From a virus, in IMG/VR virus record IMGVR_UViG_3300044946_000175, positions 1 through 64,000 of that record: 64,000 nucleotides of DNA; one strand, given 5' to 3'. Below are positions 39,183 through 49,945 of the stretch, piece after piece (the first letter of the stretch is position 1; each line of letters begins with the position of its first letter). The notes beneath the pieces were generated by a model. That model had not been told where the DNA came from. It saw only the letters and a program-made list of their open reading frames with translations, and did not search any database. The position numbers and the translations under genes were made by a program.

Positions 39183-39833
39183 ATGAGCATCCCTCCTTCA
39201 CCGACTGATCCGCTCTATCAAGACGAACCACAACCGTTTGGTTCGATGGGTTTCCCTCAAGAATTTCTCGAAGACATTCGCATGCAAATCGTCAACGCAA
39301 GCGGCACTTCTGGACTTACCAAGGATAAAGTTTTTTGGAGCCGACACAGCACTACCTCCCATCTGAAATTTCCGCCCGCCGATCAGTTCGTGGCGCTCTC
39401 GCTTCCTTCTATGATGGTCAATCAAAACTATGTGACGGGTGGGGGAGTTTACAATACTCAGTTCGACGGGACAGTTCTCGTCAGAATTTTCGACAGGATT
39501 GAGTCGGACATCGAGAACCGAGACGCCAATCAACTTACCGATCAGGTATTGGGGCAGTTGAAATTCAGCCAACAAATACTAACTTGTCTTCAGACCTGGA
39601 ATGGGCCGATAGATAACGAAGACGGCGATTCGGTCTTCAATCGCCCTATGCGTCTGATCGGGTCCATCGACCTGCCCGACAGAGATGGACCGAACGGCAC
39701 GCGGTGGGGGATCACGCAGGCACGTTTCGAACTACCGTTTGTGGCCGACCTCAGTTATCCTTATCCGTCTGGCGGAAGTCCTCCTCCTGTTCTCACAGGT
39801 CCAAATTATTGGTCACGTAACTACTTTGGTTGA
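39183..39833 (+). CDS. Putative tail terminator/completion protein
   Basis: Size and alpha/beta pattern; weak inference. Confidence 0.35.
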   Translation: MSIPPSPTDPLYQDEPQPFGSMGFPQEFLEDIRMQIVNASGTSGLTKDKVFWSRHSTTSHLKFPPADQFVALSLPSMMVNQNYVTGGGVYNTQFDGTVLVRIFDRIESDIENRDANQLTDQVLGQLKFSQQILTCLQTWNGPIDNEDGDSVFNRPMRLIGSIDLPDRDGPNGTRWGITQARFELPFVADLSYPYPSGGSPPPVLTGPNYWSRNYFG

Positions 39834-39947
39834 TAGAATGATCAACGTCGTCAAGGGAATCTTTGTGTGTTTGCTCTCAGCCGCCCTCGTGGGCGGATTG
39901 GGATTAATAGCTTTGTGTTTGCTATTTCACAAATAAAGGGGATACTC

Positions 39948-40691
39948 ATGCTTCGAGCAAAATGGATTAGTTTGTCTCTACTAGTTTGCCTTTTCGCCAT
40001 TATCATCGGCTCGACCAACGCCGAAGCCGGTCCATTCAGGCGATTCAAAGAAAGACGGCAAGCAACAGCTTGCGCGACTGCACCTTCGGCTACGCTGACG
40101 ATTCCATTTGCGAAGGTCGGCCCGGACGCACTGACGCTTGCGAAAGTCCGCAGCGCCTCTCTCAAGGCAAAGGCTCTCGCGACCGCTCCGAAGAAAGCAA
40201 CTACCAACGCCGTACCCGTCCAGATCAGCCTGAATGCGGGAGTGTTGTCGATTACCGCTTCACCAGGAGGAGCACTCGCGGAGATCACCGGTACACCGGC
40301 AAATATTTCCGTCTACTGGGTCGGGATCGCAACAGGACTGTCGAACACCCAGACGTTCGGTCCCGTCAACTCAATCCAGTTCTTCGGGGCAACTGATACT
40401 GGAGCGTTCAACGAATACCTCAACTTCACGGCAGTTTCCGATAGTGCTGTTTTTGCTGGAGCGAACGTCGAGAACATTTTTTATGGCTGCTTCGGCGGCG
40501 GTCTTTCCTCGTCGGTCACCACATCCGCGAGTTGCTTCAACGAGATTGTGACGATGTCCGCAACGACATCGGTTACAGTCATCGGATCAACTCCGACCGG
40601 TGCCGTTATTCCCTATTACAGTGGCGGGACCGTGAACCTCACGCCTTCCAATCTCGCCAGCAATCCGAATTGGTACGTGTATCAGAATTAG
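39948..40691 (+). CDS. Secreted/surface protein
   Basis: Signal peptide ending AEA followed by GPFRR; Thr/Ser/Gly-rich. Confidence 0.55.
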   Translation: MLRAKWISLSLLVCLFAIIIGSTNAEAGPFRRFKERRQATACATAPSATLTIPFAKVGPDALTLAKVRSASLKAKALATAPKKATTNAVPVQISLNAGVLSITASPGGALAEITGTPANISVYWVGIATGLSNTQTFGPVNSIQFFGATDTGAFNEYLNFTAVSDSAVFAGANVENIFYGCFGGGLSSSVTTSASCFNEIVTMSATTSVTVIGSTPTGAVIPYYSGGTVNLTPSNLASNPNWYVYQN

Positions 40692-40728
40692 TTTTTGATC
40701 TTCCTGAAGTCGCCCAAGGTTTTCGTCA

Positions 40729-41515
40729 ATGGCTGGTGGGCCTCTCGCACCCTGGAGTATCGATTTAAGCCAGGGTTCCGGGAACCTCTCTTCGCAACTC
40801 TACGTACCAGCAACAAATACTAACGGTGCAGGTAGTATTGAGGGTATCGGAGTTGTAGCTTCGCTTGCAACCGATTCTCCAGCTATCCTCAAATTCCTCA
40901 TGCCAGCGGGCTCGATTCCGAGCGGTACGTTGAAGCTCTGTCTTGACGGTTTTGCGAACGCCACGACTGGTACGGCCAAAGTCACCGTAAAGGATATCAA
41001 TGTCGCGGCGGGAAACAGTCTCGGTACGGCTTCGTTGACTTCAGAGACTCAGCTTTCTCAAACGTGGGCAACAGCCGACATCATCGTGCGGAACAAGATC
41101 GTATTGACCAGCACACCGAATCCACTTGACTGGCTCATTGTCGTTCTGGATTTCAATGCGACTGGTTGGACTTTGGCACAGAATAGTGTGTGGGTGCCAA
41201 GTGCGATTTGGGAGCCATAACATGCCCATCCTCAATTCAACTCAGATCGCGGCGGCAGCCCGGAACTGTGCGAATGTTCTGTTCGTCATTCCTGGCGCAA
41301 CCGCCATTCTTAATCTCACCCAACTCATAACAGCAGTTACAGCTTGCGATACTGCAATGAGTCTCACCCCAGCAGCGTTTGCCTCTACCTACAGTTCAGC
41401 AGGTAACGTCGCTGCCGGTCTTGGGACGGCGATCTTTGCATCCGTTTCTGGAATAACTCAGGCGCAAGCCGCCGTGGTGTTAGAGTCTTGGACTCAGCAG
41501 GCGGCATTGGTTTAA
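40729..41515 (+). other. Two small virion-type CDSs (40729-41220, 41222-41515)
   Basis: Ala/Thr-rich, abutting, upstream of the LamG gene. Confidence 0.55.
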
Positions 41516-41531
41516 TTCGAGGACGTGAAGT

Positions 41532-43187
41532 GTGGCACGCGGATTCAACGGATCGACCGACGCCGTCTACAGCACTTCCGCGCCGATGTCTACGGCCGTT
41601 ACCAACTTCACCATGTCCTGTTGGTGCTATCCGACTTCGATCTCAGCAGAGCAAGTAGTAATAGGCAACGGAAGTGATACAGACGGTAGTGGATTTTCGT
41701 TAGAAATCGACAACTCGTGGCAGATCCTGATTTTTGGCGTGCAGAGATTTGATACCGGTGTTGATGTATTTCCTTATCTCAACACGTGGGTTCACATAGC
41801 TCTGGTAAATACCGCTGGATCATCTCAATTTTGGCTTAATGGAGTGGCTATCGGAGGAACAGACAGCACAGGTTCTGGCGGAACTCCACAAGTCTGGACG
41901 ATTGGAGGCGATCAGTACCCGTCACACGGATCGTTTATCCGTAATCTGCAAGGGAACGTTGCCGATGCTGCATTCTGGAATGTGCCGCTTCTTCAATTTG
42001 AATTGCAGGGGCTTGCATCTGGCAGGAGGCCCGGACGATTTCGCCGCCCATCACTCAAATTTTGGATGCCACTGGATGGCCTTGCATCACCGGAGCCAGA
42101 CCTTTCTGGCAACGCCAACAATGGCACGTTGAGTGGCACGACAAAGGTGTTTGGGCCACCATTTGGCCCGTTTACGTGGACAAAAGGAACATATCTGCCA
42201 TCAGGGACAAGTCCTCCGCCTCCTCCAACTACCGAAACCAATATCAATTTCATAGCGACTGGTTATAGACCAACTATTCTTTTGCCTTCTCAGCAATTCG
42301 TATCGCAACTAGGAACAGCCCTGCCTCCTCCGCCTGCTACTGCCGAAACCAATATTGATTTTACAGTGCAGGGCTACAAACCAACCAGTCTCAACAAACC
42401 GACTTCTCCGTTCGCTCCACAAGATATTACGACCTATCCAGAGACGAATGTAAACCTCACAGTCAGGGGCTATAAACCAACTATTATTTTGCCTTCTTTA
42501 TCATTCGCTCCGCAAGACGTCACGACTTATCCGGAAACCAACACCAATTTGATTGTGCGTGGTTACAAATCAACCACGATCTATTCCGTGCCTCCATTCG
42601 CACCCGAAGACCAGACCGCACCGCCCAGTGAAGCAAACACAAGCCTGACTGTGCGGGGTTACACCTCGACTCTCATTCGACCGATTCTGTCGTTCGCTCC
42701 TCAAGATGTATCGAGCACGCCACAGTCTGAAACCAACACCAACTTCACCGCGATTGGCTATAAATCAATCACTCTTTTGCCTTTTCATTCTTTCGCTCCT
42801 GAAGACCAGACCGCGCCACCGAACGAAGCGAATACGAGTCAGATTGTAAAAGGCTATAAGCCGACTGATCTTCAACCCGCTCAATCATTCGCTCCGCAAG
42901 ACGCATCGAGTATTCCGCAGCCCGAAACAGATGTCAATCTCGTGGTGCGGGGATATCATCCGACCAGTCTCACGAGGCCAATTCCGTTCTTCGCGCCGAA
43001 AGACCAGACGACTGTTCAAGAAACGGACGTGAATTTCGTGGCGCGTGGCTATCGACCAACGAAGTTCCAATTCGTTTTTCCTTCCTATTCGCCATACGCG
43101 CCATCTGTTATAATAACTGCTCAGGTCTGGCAATACTTGGATATGGAAATGAACGCTGGATTCTACTCGCTAGACATGGGACTTTGA
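41532..43187 (+). CDS. LamG/concanavalin-A-like domain + 9 stalk repeats
   Basis: 'FNGSTD..NFTMSCW.YP..NTWVHIAL..FWLNGV..WTIGG..GNVADAAFWNVPL'; same repeat as 34401-36527. Confidence 0.8.
   Translation: MARGFNGSTDAVYSTSAPMSTAVTNFTMSCWCYPTSISAEQVVIGNGSDTDGSGFSLEIDNSWQILIFGVQRFDTGVDVFPYLNTWVHIALVNTAGSSQFWLNGVAIGGTDSTGSGGTPQVWTIGGDQYPSHGSFIRNLQGNVADAAFWNVPLLQFELQGLASGRRPGRFRRPSLKFWMPLDGLASPEPDLSGNANNGTLSGTTKVFGPPFGPFTWTKGTYLPSGTSPPPPPTTETNINFIATGYRPTILLPSQQFVSQLGTALPPPPATAETNIDFTVQGYKPTSLNKPTSPFAPQDITTYPETNVNLTVRGYKPTIILPSLSFAPQDVTTYPETNTNLIVRGYKSTTIYSVPPFAPEDQTAPPSEANTSLTVRGYTSTLIRPILSFAPQDVSSTPQSETNTNFTAIGYKSITLLPFHSFAPEDQTAPPNEANTSQIVKGYKPTDLQPAQSFAPQDASSIPQPETDVNLVVRGYHPTSLTRPIPFFAPKDQTTVQETDVNFVARGYRPTKFQFVFPSYSPYAPSVIITAQVWQYLDMEMNAGFYSLDMGL
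42230..43070 (+). repeat. 9 coding repeats homologous to 35155-36450
   Basis: ETN.N..VRGYKPT...SFAPQD units; near-identical ~70 bp at ~42953 vs ~35390. Confidence 0.85.
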
Positions 43188-43188
43188 T

Positions 43189-43953
43189 GTGTTGATCAAC
43201 TATGCCTTGGATTCGAATTCGGTGATCGTTCGTGTCAAAATTAGGCAAGACACGACAGGTGCTGCGCCCGGTAAAGGCTTTACTGGACTCACTAATACTA
43301 GTTCTGGGCTGATCGTCAGCACGATTGCTGACTCCGAAGCAGTTCCTGTTTCATATACGTCTGCTGGATCGACTATCGAAGCCATTCCGACTTTGGGTCA
43401 GTACACTGCGCCAGCCGCCAACAACTGCCGTCTTCAGTTGGTGAGCGATGCTCTTAACCCCGGAGTTGTGGAGCTTCAGTTCGCCAATGCTCGCTTTGCT
43501 GTACCTGGATCGAAAAGTTTGCTGATCTCGATTACTGGCGTGGCGGGGATGATGGATTGCGACGTGTCGATACCGCTTCTGGCCGTCGATCCCTACAATG
43601 GTGAAGATTTCGGTCTTCCTGTGCTTGCACAGCTTGATGGAGCATTCGTTTCGGACTCGTCCGTATTCTCGGTAGCGGCTTTGCAGAATGCACCGGGCGG
43701 TACTGGCGGACCTGTTACTGTTGGCGGGTACATTCCAGGCCAAGATCCGGCTTCGTTGGTATTTGGGCAAATGGTGGATGGCGGTTTTGACTTTCTGCAA
43801 ATTCAAAAAATGGAAGCCGCTGTGCTGCTCGGTCGATCTTCTGGACTTCCAGAAGGGCAGCCAGTTTATCTTTCGGTTAATGGTGGCATTGTTCGTGTTT
43901 CCGGAAATGCCGTCAACGGGAACCGGACCCTCTTGGTTCTGAATCCGAATTGA
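43189..43953 (+). CDS. Virion structural protein
   Basis: 'GKGFTGLT...PGVVELQFANARFA' resembles phage appendage anchor proteins. Confidence 0.5.
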   Translation: MLINYALDSNSVIVRVKIRQDTTGAAPGKGFTGLTNTSSGLIVSTIADSEAVPVSYTSAGSTIEAIPTLGQYTAPAANNCRLQLVSDALNPGVVELQFANARFAVPGSKSLLISITGVAGMMDCDVSIPLLAVDPYNGEDFGLPVLAQLDGAFVSDSSVFSVAALQNAPGGTGGPVTVGGYIPGQDPASLVFGQMVDGGFDFLQIQKMEAAVLLGRSSGLPEGQPVYLSVNGGIVRVSGNAVNGNRTLLVLNPN

Positions 43954-44419
43954 GTTCGACCGTGGCTGACTTACCTACCCTATCGGAATTGCTCGACAAG
44001 AAATTGCCGAATCGAAAGCCAAAATCGAAGTTTGTCAGTGCGTGGCTATGTGATGGAAAGGACTGCTTTGTAGTATTTGATTTTGTCGAGCGTGGGCTGA
44101 CTGGAAAGGAGCAGCTTGAAAAAGCTGGATGGTTGGTCGAAGCGTACAGAAGCGAAATTATTCGCGCCTTTTGTTCAAAATGCAGAAAGACAAAATCTAA
44201 ATTCGCCTAATCTTCGCCCATCAGAAGGAGATAGAGATGAGCAAGGGTTTGGCATTCTGGTTGATTTTCCTGATTTGTGTGATCTTTGGTGTATATCTGG
44301 GCTGGCCTGAACAAGGTGCTGGCTATATTAGCTTTCGTCCTCTTGGGATGAACCTGGTTCAATTCTTACTAATTGGTCTTTTGGGGTGGTCCGTAAACGG
44401 ACCACCGATAAAAGGATGA
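43950..44419 (+). other. Small Cys-motif protein (43950-44210) and a two-TM membrane protein (44237-44419)
   Basis: CDGKDC..CSKC; hydrophobic 60-aa ORF with AAGGAG RBS. Confidence 0.55.
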
Positions 44420-44431
44420 CAGCCAGGGAGA

Positions 44432-46849
44432 TTGGATTTGGCTTTGCAATACGCTGGAATCGATCTTTGTCCTCTTACGCCTTTAATGAGCGAAAGATTA
44501 GAACAGTTTTGGCAACGGGAATCGCCCAAGCTCTGGTCCACTCCTGGATATCTCGTCAACAATCTAGACCGCTTGCCGATTCCATCTCTTCCTAAAATTG
44601 GCCCTCCTGATTTTAATGTTTTGCGATGGCCAAATACCGCTTCTCGTTGGGCCGAATTCATCGGTTTTGTGGGCGGTGCAAACGCGCAGGCCATCGAAGC
44701 TAATGTCGGTTTCAATAGTCCGACACCTCAACCGCTGATCATTTCGGATGACACCAATGGCACATCGGTCACGGCAACGGAGATGTATCTGATCGGGTTC
44801 CGGCCCATCTTCATTCAAACATTAGGGCAACAACTATGGCTGATGTATCTAACGGACGAAAGATTTTATTGGTGGATGAATGATTTCAACTACAGCTTTA
44901 CATCCGGCATGGATACTTGGTCGCAGTTGCTTACAAATCTGATTGCTTCCGTGACGGATACAGTTCCTACTATTCCCGCCATTCCTGGTGGATACGGAAC
45001 GCCAGCCAGCGGCACCCCTTCTGTTCGATGGTCACAATCAGGCAAACCGATTCCTCTGATAATTGATGCCGTTGCCGCGACCGTAGGACTGCGCATGACG
45101 TTCGGGTTGGATGGTTCGATCACATTCGTGGATGCCACTACAGCACAAACAAACAGCAACAATCAGTACAACCAGAATGCCTCTAACCTTGTCTTGGGCG
45201 GGTACAGTTCAATCAATGAGCTAGTGGGTACTATTCCAGAAAAAGTCTCGGTGTCTTTTTGGGGTCCGCCAGATCAAATCACGGCAGTCACACTGGAAAG
45301 TCTGTCACTGCTCGCTTTTGGTGGAGTCACGGGAGTTTCAAACACGTCTGGTTACGTGCGCGCTGATGCAAACATTGGCAACATACCATCGGGATATGCA
45401 ACACAGGCCGCGACCGATTATTACAATTGGCTGCTTTCTTATACCGATGCTACTTTCAGGAGCATTCAAGCCTGGACTCCGACAGGAATGGAAGATCGAA
45501 TCGAGTGGGAGTACATGCCTGGGCGTCAGAACTTCAAACTGACGAATTCGTTGACCGAAAACGAGAATCTGACAAAGATGCCGTGGGAGCGAGTGCTGAC
45601 GCGAGTAGTACGCAAAGATTGGGGGGATAATAATCTTTATGGCGATGGTCCATTGGTAGTAAATACTTGCATTCCAGTCGTCTTGACTTCTTATTACAGC
45701 AATAGCTTGGGTTATTGTTGGCAGCAACTCACCTACTCTTCCACACCTCCCGTGTCTCTATCGCCGCTCTCTCCACCAGCCACGGGATGCAACCTGGTCA
45801 ATGCTGACGGAAATCAGTGCTTGAATCCAGGACGAAAGGGAATAATGTGTCCCATCCCTGGAACAAAGGGTTACGTGATACAGCTATGGCCTGAACCAAT
45901 AGTGACTTCTATATGCGACACTAAAGCCGTTGTCGATGATGTGAGCGTGGTGACTAGTATACAAGTTCAATCTTATAATTCACGACTGGTCAATACTACT
46001 TGCAACGAACTCTGTATTACGGACCCAGTGCAGTGCTGTCCTGATCCACTAGTAGCGCCTTCGCTCTCGTGTCCTGACATTATCAGTCAAGCTCCTACTT
46101 TACTATTGACAGTATCGGGTTTTGGAGGAGGTTGGGCTAATCTCAACAACATCGTAAACATGGTCCTGACTGGCTCTCAGCCATGTCCAGACGGTCCGGC
46201 GCTCTGCTGGACAGGCATTATTAACGGGTTCTTCTTCTCGCCATCGAATCCAGATTGCACTCCTCCGGACGACGGAACGAGTACCCAGGTGGTTGTAGGT
46301 GCTGCATGCGGAACTAACGACTGTTTTGGCAATGCCACGATAGGAGTTGGGATGTCTGTAGTTTCGACTGTTCCTGGAGGAACTGGGTACATAGCAACCA
46401 GTGCTCAGAATTATGAGACTCTTTACGCGCAAGGAGACGGCACCTATTCCACCGTAAATCCTTGCGGGAATAATGCTCCGAAAGGTAACGTCAATTTCGA
46501 TGGGACCATTTGCGGGGCTACCGACCCGGCTCTTTCTGGAAATCAAGGCACGTTTACGGTCGCGCTCGGTGGAATGATGATGGCATCTTCAGGTCACGCC
46601 GTCGTGCCTGAATTGACTCCGGAGCAAAAGGCAAAGATTGCAGAAGCAGTAGCTAAGATGAGGAAACATCTGGCTCTAAAGACTCGCAAATCGGGAATTC
46701 AGCCATTCTTGGACAAGAGAGCCGCCGAAATCCGACAGAAGAATCCGAACATCACGGAAGAAGAGTTACAAAATCGTCTCAAGAGAATCCAAGAACTAAT
46801 TGAGAGTCCGGACTGTCCGGCTTGTCCAAAACCGGAGACAAAACCATGA
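44432..46849 (+). CDS. Putative baseplate hub/tail-tip protein with a Cys-rich C-terminal half
   Basis: 'YLTDERFYW', 'LIIDAVAATVGLR.TFGLDGSI' hub-like; ~20 Cys in the distal part. Confidence 0.5.
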   Translation: MDLALQYAGIDLCPLTPLMSERLEQFWQRESPKLWSTPGYLVNNLDRLPIPSLPKIGPPDFNVLRWPNTASRWAEFIGFVGGANAQAIEANVGFNSPTPQPLIISDDTNGTSVTATEMYLIGFRPIFIQTLGQQLWLMYLTDERFYWWMNDFNYSFTSGMDTWSQLLTNLIASVTDTVPTIPAIPGGYGTPASGTPSVRWSQSGKPIPLIIDAVAATVGLRMTFGLDGSITFVDATTAQTNSNNQYNQNASNLVLGGYSSINELVGTIPEKVSVSFWGPPDQITAVTLESLSLLAFGGVTGVSNTSGYVRADANIGNIPSGYATQAATDYYNWLLSYTDATFRSIQAWTPTGMEDRIEWEYMPGRQNFKLTNSLTENENLTKMPWERVLTRVVRKDWGDNNLYGDGPLVVNTCIPVVLTSYYSNSLGYCWQQLTYSSTPPVSLSPLSPPATGCNLVNADGNQCLNPGRKGIMCPIPGTKGYVIQLWPEPIVTSICDTKAVVDDVSVVTSIQVQSYNSRLVNTTCNELCITDPVQCCPDPLVAPSLSCPDIISQAPTLLLTVSGFGGGWANLNNIVNMVLTGSQPCPDGPALCWTGIINGFFFSPSNPDCTPPDDGTSTQVVVGAACGTNDCFGNATIGVGMSVVSTVPGGTGYIATSAQNYETLYAQGDGTYSTVNPCGNNAPKGNVNFDGTICGATDPALSGNQGTFTVALGGMMMASSGHAVVPELTPEQKAKIAEAVAKMRKHLALKTRKSGIQPFLDKRAAEIRQKNPNITEEELQNRLKRIQELIESPDCPACPKPETKP

Positions 46850-47373
46850 CAAGAATCGAAGCACTACTAAACAAATATAAATCAGACAAATGTACAGCAC
46901 ATTCGTATGGTGATTTTTACGACAAGCTCCTTACGCCATTGTGCGATAAAGAGATTTGCCTTTTGGAAGTTGGTATTCTGGAAGGTGCGTCACTACGCGC
47001 GTGGTCCGAGTTCTTGCCACTCGCGACGATTATCGGATTAGATAATTATGCAAATCCTATCTTACTGCCCAATCGTTGTACTCTGGCACGAGCCGACTCG
47101 ACGAATCTGGAGCAGGTCAACACAGCACTAGGCGAATTAACGTTTGATATTGTGATCGATGACGCCTTACATTGGATCGACAACCAAAAAAAGACCTTCG
47201 AGAATCTTTGGATGAGAGTAAAACCAAACGGCTACTATATTATTGAAGATATCCAGTGTATCGACGAAGCGAAACCTGTATTCGATCCTCTTGGATTCGA
47301 ATTCATCGATCTGCGCAGCAAGAAGAACAGAGGTGATGACGTTCTAGCAGTCATAAGAAAACCCGCGCAGTGA
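46846..47373 (+). CDS. Class I SAM-dependent methyltransferase (MycE-like sugar O-methyltransferase type)
   Basis: 'SDK..AHSY..FY', 'LLEVGILEGASLRAW', 'FDIVIDDALH', 'GYYIIEDI'. Confidence 0.85.
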   Translation: MTRIEALLNKYKSDKCTAHSYGDFYDKLLTPLCDKEICLLEVGILEGASLRAWSEFLPLATIIGLDNYANPILLPNRCTLARADSTNLEQVNTALGELTFDIVIDDALHWIDNQKKTFENLWMRVKPNGYYIIEDIQCIDEAKPVFDPLGFEFIDLRSKKNRGDDVLAVIRKPAQ

Positions 47374-47433
47374 ATTCGCATGACGCCATAGTCGTTATCC
47401 AATAAAATCTTCCGTGCTCGAACTCATGAGGAG

Positions 47434-47823
47434 ATGCACAAGATGCCGGAAGAACCAGAGGCCAAGGGATCGATCGCTTCCACAGTTCAGCAGTCGAATG
47501 CTCTCATCCGTACCATCACCAGCGCTCCAGCGGATGCCTTCCTGCGAATTGCAGTGCTCGCTGCTTGCGTCATGATCTACATTCTGTTCTCTCGATTGCT
47601 GGACGAGGTGCGCACATCGACGGCATTTCAGGTCCGTGACAATGCTGAACAGGCCGAGCGGTTGCGACAGGACTGCCGCCAGCGAGAGGAGGAATCACAG
47701 AAGTGGCAAGCAGCGGAACGAGAGAAGGATCGGCGGTTTCACGCGGATCAGGCCGATAAATGGCGCGCAACAATATCCGGACTGGCAGCGAAGATCGAAC
47801 CAAGAAGCAAGGGACTGGACTAA
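47434..47823 (+). CDS. Single-TM coiled-coil protein (possible lysis protein)
   Basis: One hydrophobic segment followed by a charged coiled coil. Confidence 0.45.
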   Translation: MHKMPEEPEAKGSIASTVQQSNALIRTITSAPADAFLRIAVLAACVMIYILFSRLLDEVRTSTAFQVRDNAEQAERLRQDCRQREEESQKWQAAEREKDRRFHADQADKWRATISGLAAKIEPRSKGLD

Positions 47824-47824
47824 C

Positions 47825-48262
47825 TCACTTTATCGACACTGTGCATCCCTCAACCTCAAGCACAAAATCCACCCGCTTGCCTCGATTGATACCGTCCTTC
47901 ACGATGCCCTTCACCCATCCTACGACTACAATCGAGCGCTTGTTGTCGGTCAGTGGTTCGATGCATATGAACGCGACAATGGGGGGAGCATTCTTCAAAC
48001 CTGTGTAGTACAAGATCCGATTCCCTTCGACTTGATACGTTTCTTGCGGCAGGCCCACCAAATTCACTTCGATCTTTCGACCTTTCCAGTAGCCATCAGC
48101 CGTTCCAAGATCGAAATCGCGGTAGTAGTTCACCACATCCATTATTCCGACTTTTTGTGCCAGTTCGGTCGATTTTTTGGTAGACTGGCAGGCAAAGACG
48201 AATATGACCAGTGCGATAATCGAGAAGAGAAGACCAACCAAAGCGGAGCGGGGCGATTCCAT
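47825..48262 (-). CDS. Membrane-anchored OB-fold (tRNA_anti-like) putative lipoprotein
   Basis: 'VFAC' lipobox; 'Y......AD..WKGR.IEV', 'VVG.VKG', 'EVEGC'. Confidence 0.55.
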   Translation of the reverse strand: MESPRSALVGLLFSIIALVIFVFACQSTKKSTELAQKVGIMDVVNYYRDFDLGTADGYWKGRKIEVNLVGLPQETYQVEGNRILYYTGLKNAPPIVAFICIEPLTDNKRSIVVVGWVKGIVKDGINRGKRVDFVLEVEGCTVSIK

Positions 48263-48682
48263 GAGCGATCCTCAGAAGCAAGGATGTGGCGGATGTGGAA
48301 AGCAGCCTACCAAAAGAGTAGATCAGAGTACCCACTCGTTCCATGTTAGCAGGTTCCTTTTTCACCTCTCGCGGATAATTTCGCCTGAAATTAATCCCTC
48401 AGTGGAAACTTCAGGCGAGAGCGGAAAAGACAGTCTAACGATGGCACCAGGAACGTGTACATCGCCTTGCATGGGCGAGATGAATCCGTGCTTCCTCTGG
48501 TGTCCCGGCGCTGCGGGAGCGATGTCCTGCGCCGTGGGTGGACTGAGTGACGGGATCTGCGCGTTCGATTTTACCAGCAAGACTTTCTACACCGATCATA
48601 CCGGCAGCGTGAAAGACATCTGTGGTAGACTGGCGACTCTCGAAGGAGACGTGAAGGCAATAAAGAAGCCTGCGGAGTAAAA

Positions 48683-48946
48683 ATGACTGGATACACTGCT
48701 GCCGTGCTCGTACTAGGATGTGGCTTGATCGTCCTGAAGTTGGTCGTCGGTTGGATTACGGCTACCGGTCACGAAGTGCCTTGGCCGCTGTGGGCCTACG
48801 GTGGAGTTACCCACACAATGCTTGGATTTGTGCTGATTCGTAATGGAGGCAAACTAAACGACAGGACGAGAAATATGGTTAAAGATTTGATTGGATTGTC
48901 AGAAGGAGAGAAAACGAATGCAGCCAAACAAGACAAAGAAAAATAA
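48683..48946 (+). CDS. Two-TM membrane protein (holin candidate)
   Basis: Two hydrophobic helices, charged C-terminal tail, GGAG RBS. Confidence 0.4.
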   Translation: MTGYTAAVLVLGCGLIVLKLVVGWITATGHEVPWPLWAYGGVTHTMLGFVLIRNGGKLNDRTRNMVKDLIGLSEGEKTNAAKQDKEK

Positions 48947-49075
48947 TTCCATACAACTCACTCCGGCCCGACCGGACCCTCCCGCAAGGTGGGGGATTTG
49001 ATCGGACCCCGATCTGATCGGATACCCGGTCGGGCTGTTTAACCTTGCAAAATCCTTGCACTATCGGGGGAAATC

Positions 49076-49945
49076 ATGGCTATCACGAGAAAGCTTGGAG
49101 CGATACTACCCATTCGTACCTTTGATGCAGGTCGTTTCAAGGTTCAGATCTACAAAGGTGGGAAGATAAGAGTCATTCCCAAGTTCTCGGCTCACTATGA
49201 CAAGTCAAAAGACACCGCGCCTCCGCCTGTTACTACCGACTGGCTCACCAAGGCAATCGCTGCAATTCGTGAGGCATACGGCAATACAACCCAAGGCGAT
49301 TGTGTTATTGCTTCGTTGCTTCATCGCATTGGAGCGTGGACGGGTAATGAACTCGGCACACCGGCACTGTCGAGCGATGCGCAAGCCCTGAAATGGTACG
49401 CGAACATTTGCGGTCCCGGTGACCAGGGCTGCGTGATCGTTGACGTGCTCCAATATGCACAGCAACACGGAATTCCATGCGGCGCGAAGAAGCACAAGAT
49501 CAATGGATTTGTGAGTGTAGACAACACGAACCAAAACGAGGTCCAGGTCTGTGCCGAAGTGTTCGGCCCGGCTCAGAATATCGGCATTAACTTGCCTTCT
49601 GCGTGGTACGACAACGCCAATGGCAACGGGTTCGTGTGGAACAACATCACAGGCAATCTCCAAATTGTCGGAGGACACGATGTCGCTATAATAGATGTCA
49701 GTGCGTTAGGGGTTGTGATTGCGACCTGGGCCATGTATGGTACGATTACCTGGGAGGCACTGGCCAACACTCAGATCGTGACCGAGATGCACTGCTCGCT
49801 CTCGCCAGACTGGGACTCACAGAACAATCTCGCACCCAACGGTATCAACGCCACGACACTCGCGCAGGATCTTGTTTTGGTTGGTCAGGGAACGACTCCT
49901 CCATACCCACCAACACCAACGCCGTCGTTGGTTCTGAAGGCGTGA
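49076..49945 (+). CDS. Papain-like cysteine peptidase
   Basis: 'N..QGDCVIA' (Cys), 'DQGC', 'VGGHDV' (His), 'ATW'. Confidence 0.65.
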   Translation: MAITRKLGAILPIRTFDAGRFKVQIYKGGKIRVIPKFSAHYDKSKDTAPPPVTTDWLTKAIAAIREAYGNTTQGDCVIASLLHRIGAWTGNELGTPALSSDAQALKWYANICGPGDQGCVIVDVLQYAQQHGIPCGAKKHKINGFVSVDNTNQNEVQVCAEVFGPAQNIGINLPSAWYDNANGNGFVWNNITGNLQIVGGHDVAIIDVSALGVVIATWAMYGTITWEALANTQIVTEMHCSLSPDWDSQNNLAPNGINATTLAQDLVLVGQGTTPPYPPTPTPSLVLKA

